NCBI RefSeq assembly: GCF_004010195.1
Contig: NC_057731.1
Coordinates: 31,412,120-31,476,119 of the forward strand
Direction of reading: 5' to 3'
Length of the DNA stretch: 64,000 bases
DNA from: Chiloscyllium plagiosum
Lineage: Eukaryota
Both the position numbers and the translations under genes were made by a program. Under the pieces are notes generated by a model. It searched no databases. It saw nothing but the letters and a program-made list of their open reading frames with translations, and had not been told where the DNA came from. Below are positions 51,916 to 64,000 of this stretch, piece by piece. The stretch's first letter is position 1. The number at the start of each line of letters is the position of its first letter.

Positions 51916-52869
51916 TTTTTTTTCATTTTTAATGCTTGTTAAACAATTAACTGATCAAATATTTTCCAGGCACCACATGTATCGACTCTGACTCCTCAGT
52001 ATTTGCAGTCCTATGTTTCTCCTAAATATTTTACAAAGTTTGTCAATTGGACAAGATTCTGGATATTTGCCACAACCATTATAACATCAGCAGATTTGGA
52101 TGAGGAGTGCCTTCACTCAAAATATGCAGAGCATGGGAACTTAGCATGACAGGACAGAACTTGCTGTCAACCTGGAGAACATACCAAGAGTTCTGGAATA
52201 AGTTTGAAAAAGTTGGCACATGTTAAACAAATGGTTTGAACACAGTCAATCAACATGCACAACGAAAAAGAGAATGGTAAAAGATTAGTATTTAAAAATT
52301 GACTATTGTTGAAACTTTGTGACTAAGGAGAAGGCAAATAATGTTGTGGAAGTGAAAACTTCTGTGTGCTTTAATGAGAAAAAGTATGTGCTATGTGAAG
52401 GAATTTCAATGGTTCAACTCCCCCGTCTCATTTCCCACAACTCTTATCCTTAAAGGCAAAGTTGGCACATATCCAAGTCTGATAGCACATATTCAAGTCT
52501 GTAGTCTGGAACACATGGTAGACCATGCGTGTTAATATGCAAGAGAGAAGAAAAGACGAATTATTTGCAGAATCCAGAAGATGTTAGATTGATTCCAACT
52601 TGAAACAACCACTTGCACAGATATTACAAATGAAACTCATGGTCAAATTGAGAAGAAACCACAGGCTCTATCTTTGAGAATTGGTGAGTATGGACTGAGC
52701 TGAGGCAGGGCGAGATCCATCATGTTCAGCAGCCATGTCACATTTTGTTGTGATTTGACTGATTCTGTTTTTCAATGGAGGGCGATACAACACAGGTCAC
52801 TGGTCTCCCCTTACATAATCAATGAGAAAGATGCTTTGATTACAGTGGGGTCACTGTTTTCTTTAACTT

Positions 52870-53165
52870 CTTTGCTAATGTTGTCCCCCTGTTCAAGAAG
52901 GGTAGTAGGGGTAGTCCAGGTAATTACAGACCAGGAGGCCTGACATCAGTGATGGGAAAGTTATTGGAGAAGGTACTGAGGGATTGGATCTATTTATATT
53001 TGGAAGAGAATGGATTTATCACTGACAGGCAACATGGTTTTGTGTGGGGAGCAGAGGGATACAGAATCTTAGGAATTGGGCGATAGGTTTAGACAGTGGA
53101 TTTGGATCGGCACAGGCTTGGAGGGCCAAAGGGCCTGTTCCTGGGCTGTAAACTTTCTTTGTTCC
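52870..53165 (+). mobile_element. internally deleted CR1 (RT piece joined to 3' UTR)
   Basis: ANVVPLFKK...GNYRP..LTSVMGKLLEKVLRD...QHGFV, followed directly by ggagggccaaagggcctgttcctgggctgtaaactttctttgttc. Confidence 0.7.
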
Positions 53166-53359
53166 TTATCTTTATCAGTGCGCAATTGGCCATGTGGCAT
53201 TCAGAGGTCCATAACCTGCTGGCATTTATGTCAGCATAGATTTTGTGTTATCATGTAACCCTGTACAAATGATTGAGGTTTGCCACTGAAAATAATGAGC
53301 CCCAGAGTGAAAAGGAATCCTATGTCACAAATGCAAATCCTATGTCACAAAATTTTTTA

Positions 53360-53625
53360 CTATTAGGCACTTTCTAATCAACCTGCTCAGAAATGTTATT
53401 ATACAGCTCTGGAGAAGGTGGGATTTGAAGCTAGGTCTCTTAGCTTAGAGATAGCAACACTGTCACTGCACCACAAGGGCCTTGAAGGTACTATCAGGTA
53501 TTTTTAATCAATCTATTAAGAAATGTTATGACATATCTCTGATGCAGTTAGGACTTGAACCTCCTTTTTGTCTCAGACTTAGGGACTTGGCTACTGTACC
53601 AGAAAGGCCTCCTTAAGGTACTGTT
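53360..53625 (-). mobile_element. two tandem tRNA-derived SINE heads
   Basis: Two diverged ~130-bp units, each with a minus-strand ttcaa(a/g)tcc B-box. A related head lies at 34575-34650. Confidence 0.45.
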
Positions 53626-54354
53626 ACACACCACAGAAGTTTTGTGTTCAAGTGCAGTTCATCTGATGGCTGGCCAGCCACACACCAGTGCTCTTCTTCA
53701 GGCTAATTGAGACTTAACATTGCACATATCAACAAGAAACACACAGACTTTGATAAGAGACTAAAACATCAGTTAAGTACAATGATTGGGGGAAACAGCT
53801 TAATCAAATTAATTTACTTTAAACACATATTCATCTGCAAGAAAGAAAAGGAGATCTACAAAGTGACTGAAACACAGTGGAATTCGTTATGGTCAGACAT
53901 AAGTCCCAGGTCAAAGCATTGTCAATGGGTTTGCATGCACAGTTGCTGTCATAATGAAGTGGGTGAATCTATTCATCACTAATTGGTGGTGTTTACAAAA
54001 GTACATTCATTGAAATTCTTGTTTGCACACATGGTTTTTATTTCGAAGTGGAGCAGAGAAATTTATGTTTCAATTTTTGTATCAGAGAAAATGGCAAACA
54101 TTTTGGACCTTGTGTGATTATTGTGCACTCACCTGCATGCATAAATGTTGAAATACACTTGCCTAGACATACTACTAACTTGTTCTCATTCACAGACTTT
54201 TTGGCCTTTCTTATTAAATATTAATTTTGTCATACGTACATTCAAGAAGAGTTAGTTTGAAAAGTTATGGGCAGTCTGTTGACTTTTGCAAAAGCACAAC
54301 ACAACAATATATGGAGAGAGAAAAATATTAGTGGCCAGGATGGTATATAATACA

Positions 54355-55160
54355 ATAAAATACAAAACAGCACAGGAAAAGGCCCTTCCGCATACCAAGC
54401 CTGCGCCAATTCCTATTCCTTATTTAGACCTACTACTTATTGCCCATGGGTGGTTTCTATCCCTCTGTCGGCTCATGTTTATGTGACTATCAAGATGCTC
54501 CTTAAACGTTGCTAATGTGCCTGTTTCATCACCTCCACTCGCAGTGCGTTCCAGGCACACGCCATCCTCTCTGTGAAAACCCTTGCCTGTACATCTTCCC
54601 TAAACCTATCCCTCTCACCTTGAACCCATGCCCTCTTGATATTAGAGTCATACAGATGTACAGTATGGAAACAGACTCTTTGGTCGAACTCGTCCATGCC
54701 GACCAGATATCCTAACCTAATCTAGTCACATTTGCCAGCACTTGGCCCATATCCCTCTAAATCATTCCTATTAATAGTTGACCTTTCTATCCTGAGAAAA
54801 AGCCTCTGACTATCCACCCAATCTAGGCCTCTCATAATTTTGTAGATGTCTATCAGGTCACCCATCAGCCTCTGTCCTTCCAGTGAAAACAATCCGATTT
54901 ATCCAACTTCTCCTCACACCGAAAACCCTCCAGACCGGCAACATACTGGTAAACCTTCCCTGCACTCTCCCCAAAGCTTCCACGTTCTTCTGGTAGTATG
55001 GAACCAGAAATGCATGTAATATTCCACATGTGGCTTAATTAAAGTTTCATACACCTCGAACATAACTTGCCAACTTTTATATTCAATGCCCTGGCCTTGA
55101 CCACCTTATCCATTTGTGTTGCTATTTTCAGGGATATCTGGACCTGTACACCTAGATCCC
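54355..55160 (-). mobile_element. CR1-type LINE 3' end with a nested CR1 tail (~54643-54771)
   Basis: Minus ORF ...VQGERDRFREDVQARVFTERMACAWNAL. The nested piece begins tagagtcatacagatgtacagtatggaaacagac. Confidence 0.75.
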
Positions 55161-56247
55161 TCATAATTGTAACACTTTTGTTAACCAACATACAAAAAAA
55201 TCCAAACAAATATGTTTCAAATTAGGACTGCAGAAAGGAATTACCTTGTATTGTATTTGTTAAAAGATTCATTCTATAAATTTGTCAATAAATCAAGGAT
55301 TCTTCAGTTTTGCTGTATTGTGATTTCCTTTAATTCAGTATCTTCATATCTGTTAGAAATTAAGGAAATAAAGTTCCTCTTTTTGTATCTGTTATTCTTC
55401 TATGAATGAAGAATGGGGGAATGTTTTTATGACATAAAGTAATGGGATCAGTAATAATCCTCCTCATAATGAGCAGGAATTATGAAATGTGACCCAGTCC
55501 ACTACCGTTGCCATTGTTTGGAGATGGGTTACATGATATGCATGTATTCTGGTTTTTTGAGGTGAGACACCTCTTTACAATATTTAAATCAGCTCAGAAC
55601 TTGATCTAAATTTAATGCAATCCAGCCTGTTTCCCCAAGGCTTGAGAAACTTAGCAGCTAATTGAGGAACTGAGAAGTTGGTTAAAGTAGGTAAACACTT
55701 TCTGTGGAAATGTGTGACTCTGGAAGAGTCTGAGAGAATCTTGGTTTCTAAGGTAAATCTTTAATTAAATTACACTGCAGCTCGCTGATGGTACAAATGA
55801 CTAGATCCTTCAACTTCCAATATCCACTTCCTCAATTGGACTGCTTTGAGTTTCACATCTGCCAAGAATCCCTCCCCTTGTCTTTTTGTTTATTGAGCCT
55901 ACCTCCACTGATCTTTTCCAAATTTCCAGATGCTACCCCGAACAATTTCACCAAGTTCACCGAATTGCCAACCTTCCAATTTTACTGGCTGTTGGGCAGG
56001 AAAAGGAATTGTAAAAAATGATTATTAAATTCCGCGATTAAGTTTGCTAGGACTGCCACCTTCCCAAGTTTTCTCCAATACCACAACCTCCACTTCTACA
56101 TTTCCTCATTTTTAGTATGTAAAAAGGTGTTTAAACAATCCACAAGCCTTAAAGGAATTGAATATCGATGGTCAATGAACCTTCAGCGAAACTCCTCTTG
56201 GTTTCACTGATATTAATTGTTTGTTTGAAAATACTGTTCATTTCCAG

Positions 56248-56436
56248 AGAATAAGTCCTGCAGATCCAAGTATGCCTTTTGGAATTACTGAACACAAAGC
56301 CTTTAGCTTACGACATGAACGTGATGTGAAATATGAAATTCAAGTACAGGCTTTGGTTGATGAAGAATGGAAAGTCTTTAGTACTGGTTACATATGCCAG
56401 AAATTTGGCACCACCAAGAAATGCAGCCAAAGTCAG
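56248..56436 (+). CDS. BTBD16: BTBD16 penultimate coding exon (189 bp)
   Basis: Acceptor catttccag| and donor |gttagt. Reads RISPADPSMPFGITEHKAFSLRHERDVKYEIQVQALVDEEWKVFSTGYICQKFGTTKKCSQSQ, matching SLR..[21 protein letters not shown]..I.QKFG. Confidence 0.93.
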
Positions 56437-57003
56437 GTTAGTAATTAGTTCAATATCTTAAATAAACAATTTCCACAAGATTTTTAAAAAATCCTACGAA
56501 CAATTTAGCCTAATGATTAAGAATTAACAAAGTAATATTCTAATTGTAAAATGAATGCAATAATTATAAATTCAATTATAATGTTATTTACTTTAGGGGT
56601 ACTAGAAAAATAATGGTGAATTGTAGTGATAAATTAATGTTTTTAATTTTTTAAGCAGACACAGTTTCTGTGGTGCAGAGCTTCTGTTTTCCACAGTTTC
56701 GTTCTGACATTATTAATAGACTAAAATGTACACTGGAGAAGGATTAGCACATTTTGGTAGTGACATTTTGTTATGTTATGCCATACAAATTCTGTAAATG
56801 TGATCTGTTTTGGCCAAAATGTCAGGACAGCCAGCGCATGCATGCAACGCTGGACCTTACAATACAGCCTACAGGAATATTCGCTGTACATTGCAAAGCA
56901 AAGGCCACAATATAAAAACAGCTTTTGTATTATTTCACAAATGACGTATTCATATAAAATTGTTTGTGTCAAAGAAAATTAATGATCCTTATGTTTTTCT
57001 CAG

Positions 57004-57105
57004 GTCCTATCGGTGGCTGGATTGACAATGCCTGTTTATGCGACCTTTGCTCTTTTTTTCCCGGTATCTTTCAAAGGAAACAAACTGTCCAAAAGTGTGT
57101 TGTAA
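57004..57105 (+). CDS. BTBD16: BTBD16 terminal coding exon
   Basis: Acceptor gtttttctcag|. Reads VLSVAGLTMPVYATFALFFPVSFKGNKLSKSVL*, with TAA at 57103-57105. Matches the PIYVSFAFIFP terminal motif. Confidence 0.88.
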   Translation, partial: VLSVAGLTMPVYATFALFFPVSFKGNKLSKSVL

Positions 57106-57610
57106 GATGAGTGAATGAGATACCATTATTAAGAAACAACTATTTGTTTCAAAAATTTCACCTCAGAGGGGATGTCAACTTCATTTTACCTTTGTAAGTT
57201 TCCTGTTAGTAAACACATGCCTGCAAAACTACAGTGAACTCTTTTTTTTTTGCCAAAGTACTAAACATGAATGGTAAAGGCCTTTTAATTGCAGAAGACA
57301 CTGGTCTGAAGTGTCAGTACAGAACATGAAAAAACATAAAAGACACAAAATGCCAAACATTCAGCATTCTGAACATCATCTATGGAAAGTACAGAATAAC
57401 TATTATTTCAGGTGTGGATCTTTTATTAGTATATTGCACAGATTAACATTTCCAAATGCTAAAAATATTAACTATAAACTATAAAGGCTGCTGAAACTGA
57501 TTCATCTGATGTCGATTACCAACATTATTTGAGTTTTATATTTAACATATTAACAAATTCATCTGATTTTCACACCACAGTAATGGAGAGAGATTGATTT
57601 TGCATCTGAG

Positions 57611-57616
57611 AATAAA
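57611..57616 (+). promoter_or_regulatory. candidate polyadenylation signal for BTBD16
   Basis: AATAAA about 500 bp after the stop codon and just before the Penelope insertion. No transcript evidence. Confidence 0.3.
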
Positions 57617-57700
57617 TGGGAATGTCAAATTGCTAATTTCCCTTTTCCTCAACTCTGATGGTAAGGAGTAACCTTGAGTATGCTGGGAACAGATAATAGC

Positions 57701-59165
57701 AAGTTTTGAGAAGATTTGTTGCTCAGGCTGAGGTTTTGGATGTAGGTTTGTTCGCTGAGCTGGAAGGTTCATTTCCAGACATTTCGTTACCCTACTAGGT
57801 AACATCTTCAATGGGCCTCAGGTAAAGCAATGCTGAAAATACCTGCTTTCTATTTATATGTTTGGGTTTCTTTGGGTTGGTGATGTTATTTCCTGTGGTG
57901 AAGTCACTTCCGGTTCCTGTTCTCAGGGAGTGGTAGATGGGGTCTAACTCGACGTGCTTGTTGATAGAGTTCCGGTTGGAATGCCATGCTTCTAGGAATT
58001 CTCATACGTAACTTTGTTTGGCTTGTCCTGGGATGGATGTGTTATCCCAGTCGAAGTGGTGTCCTTCCTCATCCGTATGTATGGATGCTAGTGAGAGAGG
58101 GTCATTTTTTTGTGGTTAATTGGTGTTCATGTATCCTGGTGGCCTGTTTATCCAATGTAGTGTTTTCCTCCCGTTTGTCCAACGTAGTGTTTGTTACTGT
58201 ATTTTGTAAATGACAGTTTTGCTTGTTGTCTGTATAGGGTCTTTCAAACTGCTGTTTTAGTGTGTTGGTGGGTTTGTTGGCTACCATGATGCCAAGAGGT
58301 CTGAGTAGTCTGACAGTCATTTCCGACATGTCTTTGATGTAGAGGAGAGTAGCAAGGGTTTCTGGACGTGTTTTGTCTGCTTGTTTGGATTTGTTGCTGA
58401 GAAATCAGTAGACTGTGTTCATTGGGTACCTATTCTTTCTAAATACTTTTCAAAATAATTTTTGAATACGTTTTGAACACAGTCTGCTGATTTCTCAGCA
58501 ACAAACCCAAACAAGCAGACAAAACACTTCCAGAAACCCTGGCCACTCTCCTCTACATCAAAGACATCTCAAAAATGACTGCCAGACTACTTAGACCCTT
58601 GGCATCATGGTAGCCCACAAACCCACTAACACACTAAAACAGCAGCTAATGAACTTGAAAGACCCTATACAGACAACAAGCAAAACTAATGTCATTTACA
58701 AAATACTGAGCAAGGACTGTAACTACACTACATTGGACAAACAGGCAGAAAACTAGCCACCAGGATACATGAACACCAACTAGCCACAAAAAGACATGAC
58801 CCTCTCGCACTAGTATCCTCACATATGGATGAGGAAGGACACCACTTTGACGGGGACAACACATCCATCCTAGGACAAGCCAAGCAAAGACACACAGGAG
58901 AATTTCTAGAAACATGGCATTCCAACTGGAACTCTATCAACAAACACATTGAGTTAGACCCCATCTACCACCCCCTAAGAAATGGAAAAGGAAGTGACTT
59001 CACCACAGAAAATGACATCACCAACCCAAAGAAACCCAAACATATAAATAGAAAGCAGGAATTTTCAGCATTGCTTCACCTGAGGCCCACTGAAGATGTT
59101 ACCTAGTAGGGTAATGAAACATCTGAAAATGAACCTTCCAGCTCAGCAAGCAAACCTACATCTAA
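57701..59165. mobile_element. Penelope-like element: two inverted ~700-bp copies with GIY-YIG endonuclease remnant and 13-bp TSD
   Basis: TSD aacagataatagc at 57688-57700 and 59166-59178. The plus arm reads NVIYKI...YIGQTGRKLATRIHEHQLATKRHDPLALVSSHMDEEGHHFDGDNTSILGQAKQRHTGEFLETWHS. The left arm is its reverse complement. Confidence 0.93.
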
Positions 59166-60824
59166 AACAGATAATAGCCTTTATAGTGTACACTGACAAT
59201 GGGTTTGAAACTGTTAGAAGCTAGTTTGTAACATCATGCTAAATTTGTGCATTCTGCATCCCATATCCAAGCAGCATTTGAAAACAAAGGTTTTTATTCA
59301 GCAGTTCAGGACTTTAGCCTCAAGTTTTGACAAAAGTGAAAACAAGAAAATGCTCACCTCATGCTTAATTAAACTGAGAAGCATACTGTTCTTCACTTGT
59401 GAATGGAAAAAATAACTATGATCATATGATATTCATGGAGTTTATTTTGTTGATTGACAATACCACAGAAGATCACAAATTTGATTTGTCAGTGATTAAC
59501 CAACAAAGCCAGTCCTAGTAATACTTTGGTAACTTGCCAAGCCAAAAATCAAGACTCTTAAGTATTTACATTGTAAAATAATATTATATAATCTTGGCAC
59601 AAGTACCCTTCAAATACTAAGAAGCAGCTGACTGAAAAAAAAAATTGGGGAGCCAGGAAATTTCCTGTGGTGTCAATATCCAGAAGTCTGGGCTACAAGC
59701 CTTTATGTTTTAGGAAGGAGTCTACCTGTCTAGCTTACTAGGAAAGGTCCAATTAACAGGTCATCTGCTTAGAGGTTGAAGCATGTTCTGGGAGATGGGA
59801 GCCCAGGGCAGCGTGGTACATCGCAAGAGAAGCTGGCAGCCTACACTGTGTGACAAGTGAGAGCGTTGCTGAGGCCGAGGCAGCAGCAGAGGTGGCCGGG
59901 ACACCAGGGTGACTGGAGCTACCACCAACACCAGGTGAGCAATACAATAAAGTATGAAGGTTGAAGAGAATTGCCTCCACAAATTCCATGTTCTGCATAC
60001 AGCAAGGTTACATACACAAGAGAAGATGGCCACCTTGCCATTTTCTGTCAGGGATTTTACTGTTGCTGGCTGGGAAGCAGGAGGCAGAAGCTCATCTTGG
60101 AGACTTTCTGAAGTTGTATGCCTCCCCACCTCATAAGCTGCCTCCATGGGGTTGTGAAAATTCTGAACAAGGGAATTTTCAACTGACTTGGGTGCAAATC
60201 AGATGGTTCAAAGACAAATACAATCTGAACCTTACCATTCTCAATTGGTTTGGCATTTGAATAACAGAGTACAGATCATCATAGAAACCAAGATTCCATT
60301 TTAGCAAACTGAAAGCTACGTTTTAAATGTGAACTCTACTTAACACTACCCTTCAAAGCTGTCCACTGTTTGTGGAACATTTTCTTCAGTCAGACACACT
60401 GAAGAATTTCACATCTATTTTCATATGAATAAAGCTAGAAAACAATACATCCTTTTAGACTTTTGTGTACTAAAAGCAACTAGAAATATTCTGAATACAG
60501 ACTATTCTGCAATTCACATCAAAAAAGATATCTTAACAAGTGAACTGATCCAGCTGTACAATGAAACCTTTATTGTAGTTTTTAAGTTTGAGAACAGAAT
60601 GGTTCTTGCTGATGAAAGAAGTGGGGGTGGTCTAAAGGTCTTCGAATTGGATAGTGGAACAAAAGCTGACAGAAGCTTAATTTTTTTTTAAATCAGCTGT
60701 CTTTCAGAATTTTCACAACAAATTGCTGAGTGAAAAATGAAATAAATGAGTTCATACAGAATATGCTCCAAAAGATTTTAAAGTAATCACTTTTTACTTT
60801 AAAGTACTACAGAAACTTCTCATC

Positions 60825-60926
60825 TTCAGTTCTAAAGAAGTCATGTTGAACTTCAAATATTTACTCTGCTTTTCTCTCCACAATTGCTGTCAGACCCGCT
60901 GAGTTTCTCAAGAATTTTGTTTTTAT
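60825..60926 (+). mobile_element. short PLE-type terminus remnant
   Basis: ttctaaagaagtcatg...tttactctgcttttctctccacaattgctgtcagacccgctgagtttctc, similar to 23575-23676. Confidence 0.55.
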
Positions 60927-61079
60927 ATTAAAAAGATGTTTTTACAGGTCTTGGATGTCTTCCTGATGAATATAGAGAGCAAAATAGCATCTGTCAAGGA
61001 CAGTTCTAGCTGCTGTCAAATCCAACTGGAAAGAAAAGATAGAATAGCTAGCAAAGATAGGAGTAGCAGTTCATGTTCA

Positions 61080-62030
61080 AATGCAACAAGACCTGGACAA
61101 TATCCAGGCTTGCCTGAAAAGTGGCAAGTAACATTTACACCACACAAATACCAGACAATGACCCTCCAACAAGAGACAATCTAATCACCACCGCTTGACA
61201 TTCAATGGCATTACTATCACTGAATCTCCCACTATTGACATCTTGGGGGTTACCATTGGCCAGACATTCAATTGGACTCACCACATAAATACAGTGGCTA
61301 CAAGAGCATGTCAGAAACTAGAAAGACTGTAGCAAGTAACTCACGTCTTAACTCCCCAAAGCCTATCCACCATCTACAAGGCAAAAGTCAGGAATGTGAT
61401 AGAATACTCCCCACTTTACCAGATAAATGTTATCACTGGACCATTAATCCAGAGACTGAGGTAATGTTCTGGAGATCTGAGATCGAATCCTGCCTTGGCA
61501 AATGGTGGAATTTGAATTCAATAAAAATCTGTAGTTAGGAGTCTAATGACGACGATGAAACCATTACCAATTGTTGGAAAAAGCCCACCTGGTTCATTCA
61601 TGTCCTTTAGGGATCATTATTTGCCATCCTTACCCAGTCTAGCCTACATATGACTCCAGACACAGCGCAATGTGGTTGACCGTCTGGGCAATTAGGGATG
61701 GGCAAGAAATGCTGGCCTAGCTAGTGACACCCAGACCTGTGAATGTGTTATTAAAAAAAGACTTCCTCCTCCACCAACGCTCAGTACATTGCAGAAATTT
61801 GCCAAAGACATTTTTTCAAACTAATAATCACTTCTGTCTAGACAACAGCAGCGATACATTAAAAAAACCCACCACCTTCAAGTTCCCTCCCAAGGCACCA
61901 CCATCCTGATTTGGAAATTTATCACTGTTCTTGAGGTTGGCTATTAAATATCCTCTGGGCAGATAAGGATGGGCAACAAATGTTGGCTGAGCTAGCAATG
62001 TCCACATCCTAAGAACAATTCTAAAAAATT
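61080..62030 (+). mobile_element. CR1/L2-like LINE 3' region with nested tRNA-SINE (~61432-61760)
   Basis: Motifs QQDLDNIQA..KWQVTFTPHKYQTMT and TIYKAKVRNVIEYSP. The SINE reads aatccagagactgagg...gggcaattagggatgggc. Confidence 0.7.
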
Positions 62031-62787
62031 GCAGCAGATTGGTGAGAGACAGTACAAATACTTAGTAAAGGGACACTTCACCCGTGAAGTTCTTCCCCTT
62101 GAGATTCCAGGTTAGGCTCTCACATGAGTATTCTTGTTGACCTCAGATATTACAAGATCTCAATCAGGGCACAGGGTACTCAATCAGTTCTTTACAAGAT
62201 GAGATCAGGCTGGATGATATGAGGAAGCTCTTATAAGCCACTTAATGTTAATTAAATCAAATTAAACAAATTAGATTGGAATAAAGGATATTAGCCTGTT
62301 GAAGGAGCATTGTAACAAAAACCAAATGTTCAAAACTTAAATCAAGAAAATTCAAAATTAAATGTCAGTTTGGCAGTTAATAATGCACTCCAGCCCCTAT
62401 GGTATCCATTGCCTTCAAGGGGTCTCAACTGGAGACAAATGATATTCTGCTTAACTGAATAGAAGGCAAATGAATAGTATGGAATCACCGGACTCCTGAT
62501 TATTGGAGTAATCTTTTAGGTATCTTCATTTTCTAGGTTTGAACTCAACTCCTTTTCAAAAAATTACTACTCCTCCCACTTTGAGTTTGTGTCTGTTGAT
62601 ATTAAAACCTAGAGCACATTTGATTTTTCGAGTGTATGGTGAAATTCAACTTTCTGTTCACTACAGTGACTTGCAAGTGCTGCCTGTGACCCCACACTGC
62701 TGATTGTGTAGTGTCCCTGTCCCTCAAACCCCTCATGTAACTACTAATGTCCCTGCTTTACCCTGAGAGCACCTGACTATTGAAGTT

Positions 62788-63495
62788 TCAAATGGAAAGG
62801 CCCTGGGAAGTGTTGCTGAACAAAGAGACCTTGAAGGGCAAATTCATAGTTCCTTGAAGATGGAGTTGCAGGTAGATAGGATAGTGAAGAAGGCATTTGG
62901 TTAGGCACTTGCCTTTATTGGTCAGTGCATTGAATATCTGAGTTGGGAGGTCAAGTTGTACAGGAGATTAGTTCGGCCATTTTTGGAATACTGTATACAA
63001 TTCTCCCTGCTATAGGAAGGATGCTGTGAAACTTGAAATGGTTCAAAATAGATTTACAAGGATGTTGCCAGGGTTGGAGACTTGTAGGGAGAAGCTGAAT
63101 AGGCTGGGGCTATTTTCCCTGGAATGTCAGAGGCTGAGGGTGACCTAATAGAGGCTTATAAAATCCTGAGGGGCTTGAATAGGGTGAAGGGGGAGTCTAA
63201 AACTGTAGGACATTAAATTATGGTGAGATGGGAAAGATCTAAAAGCAACCTAAGGGGCAACTTTATCATGCAGATGGTAGTGTGTGTATGCAACAAGCTG
63301 GCAGAGGAAGTGGGAAAGGCTGGTACAATAACAACATTTAAAAGACATCTGGATCAGTCTATGAATAGGAAGGGTTTACAGGGATATTAACTAAATGCTG
63401 GCAAATGGGATTAGATTAATTTAAGAAGTCAGGTTGGCATGGACGAGTTGCACCGAAAGGTGTGTCTCTGTGCTGTAAACTTCTATGACTCTATA
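62788..63495 (+). mobile_element. CR1/HER1-like LINE 3' end
   Basis: NGKALGSVAEQRDL...RPFLEYCIQF...LEMVQNRFTRMLPGL, with tail ttctatgactcta. Confidence 0.88.
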
Positions 63496-64000
63496 ATGTC
63501 TTTGCTGGTCCTGCACCCTCCCCATATTGAGGCAAGCATGACCACAACTTAGCTTGATCACATACTTCCCCTAACAAGTTCACACAGTCCCTCCCTATCA
63601 CCCTATGTCTCCAAAATCCCCGATCACTGTGATCATTCTTGCAGGCATTAAATACAACCAGGCCAATCCCCAGATTTGAACATGCTCAGAGCTTTCACCT
63701 GGTGAATAAGACAGATCCATTATACCAGACAGCAGGATGGCAAGGATAATGGCCTGCAAGGCTTTCATTTTAATTTTCAGTTTAATACCTTACAGCTTTG
63801 AGACACAATTATGAACTTACCAGAAACAGGACTTGCTATCCAGACATATGCACAGATGCTTTCAATGGGCGGTATAACCTTCCTATTTTTAAACATTTTG
63901 CTTTCTTTGCCTTCTTAGTGGATATATCACCTTAGGTGGTTTAAGAAGTGCCCTGTGTTCCTTAAAGTACACCTAAATCTTTGTTCTGGATGACAGCGGT

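Noticed and set aside
53316-53351. 16-bp tandem duplication aatcctatgtcacaaa
   Set aside because: A small slippage-type duplication with no wider structure.
59753-60260. Overlapping ORFs in a GC-richer patch
   Set aside because: No recognisable domain. The patch looks like a repeat or LTR-type fragment with AATAAA, and I could not define its ends.

Overview
This is AT-rich eukaryotic genomic DNA, almost certainly from an elasmobranch (shark), judging by the HE1-like SINEs, HER1/CR1 LINEs, Deu-domain SINEs and Penelope-like elements (PLEs). The only host gene I can support is the 3' part of BTBD16 on the + strand. It has six coding exons with canonical AG/GT boundaries and compatible phases (6617-6708, 27720-27802, 31649-31726, 43134-43235, 56248-56436, 57004-57105 with TAA); the 5' exons lie upstream of the window. 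The rest is intronic or downstream sequence dense in decayed transposable elements: many CR1 fragments, tRNA-derived SINEs, a dead PIF/Harbinger transposase, a Tigger-like MITE and several PLE families. I found no convincing new protein-coding system, and most listed ORFs are TE fragments or chance. The most notable items are: (i) at least four families of PLE termini carrying minimal hammerhead-ribozyme motifs, often as inverted pairs bounded by target-site duplications (TSDs); (ii) an unexplained ~97% identical 139-bp inverted repeat in a BTBD16 intron; (iii) a 219-bp locally templated insertion with iterative microhomology repeats; (iv) a fold-back inversion in a CR1; (v) a C-terminal extension of BTBD16. 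Family names come from recall of consensus motifs, not from database searches, and TE boundaries are approximate unless a TSD is given.
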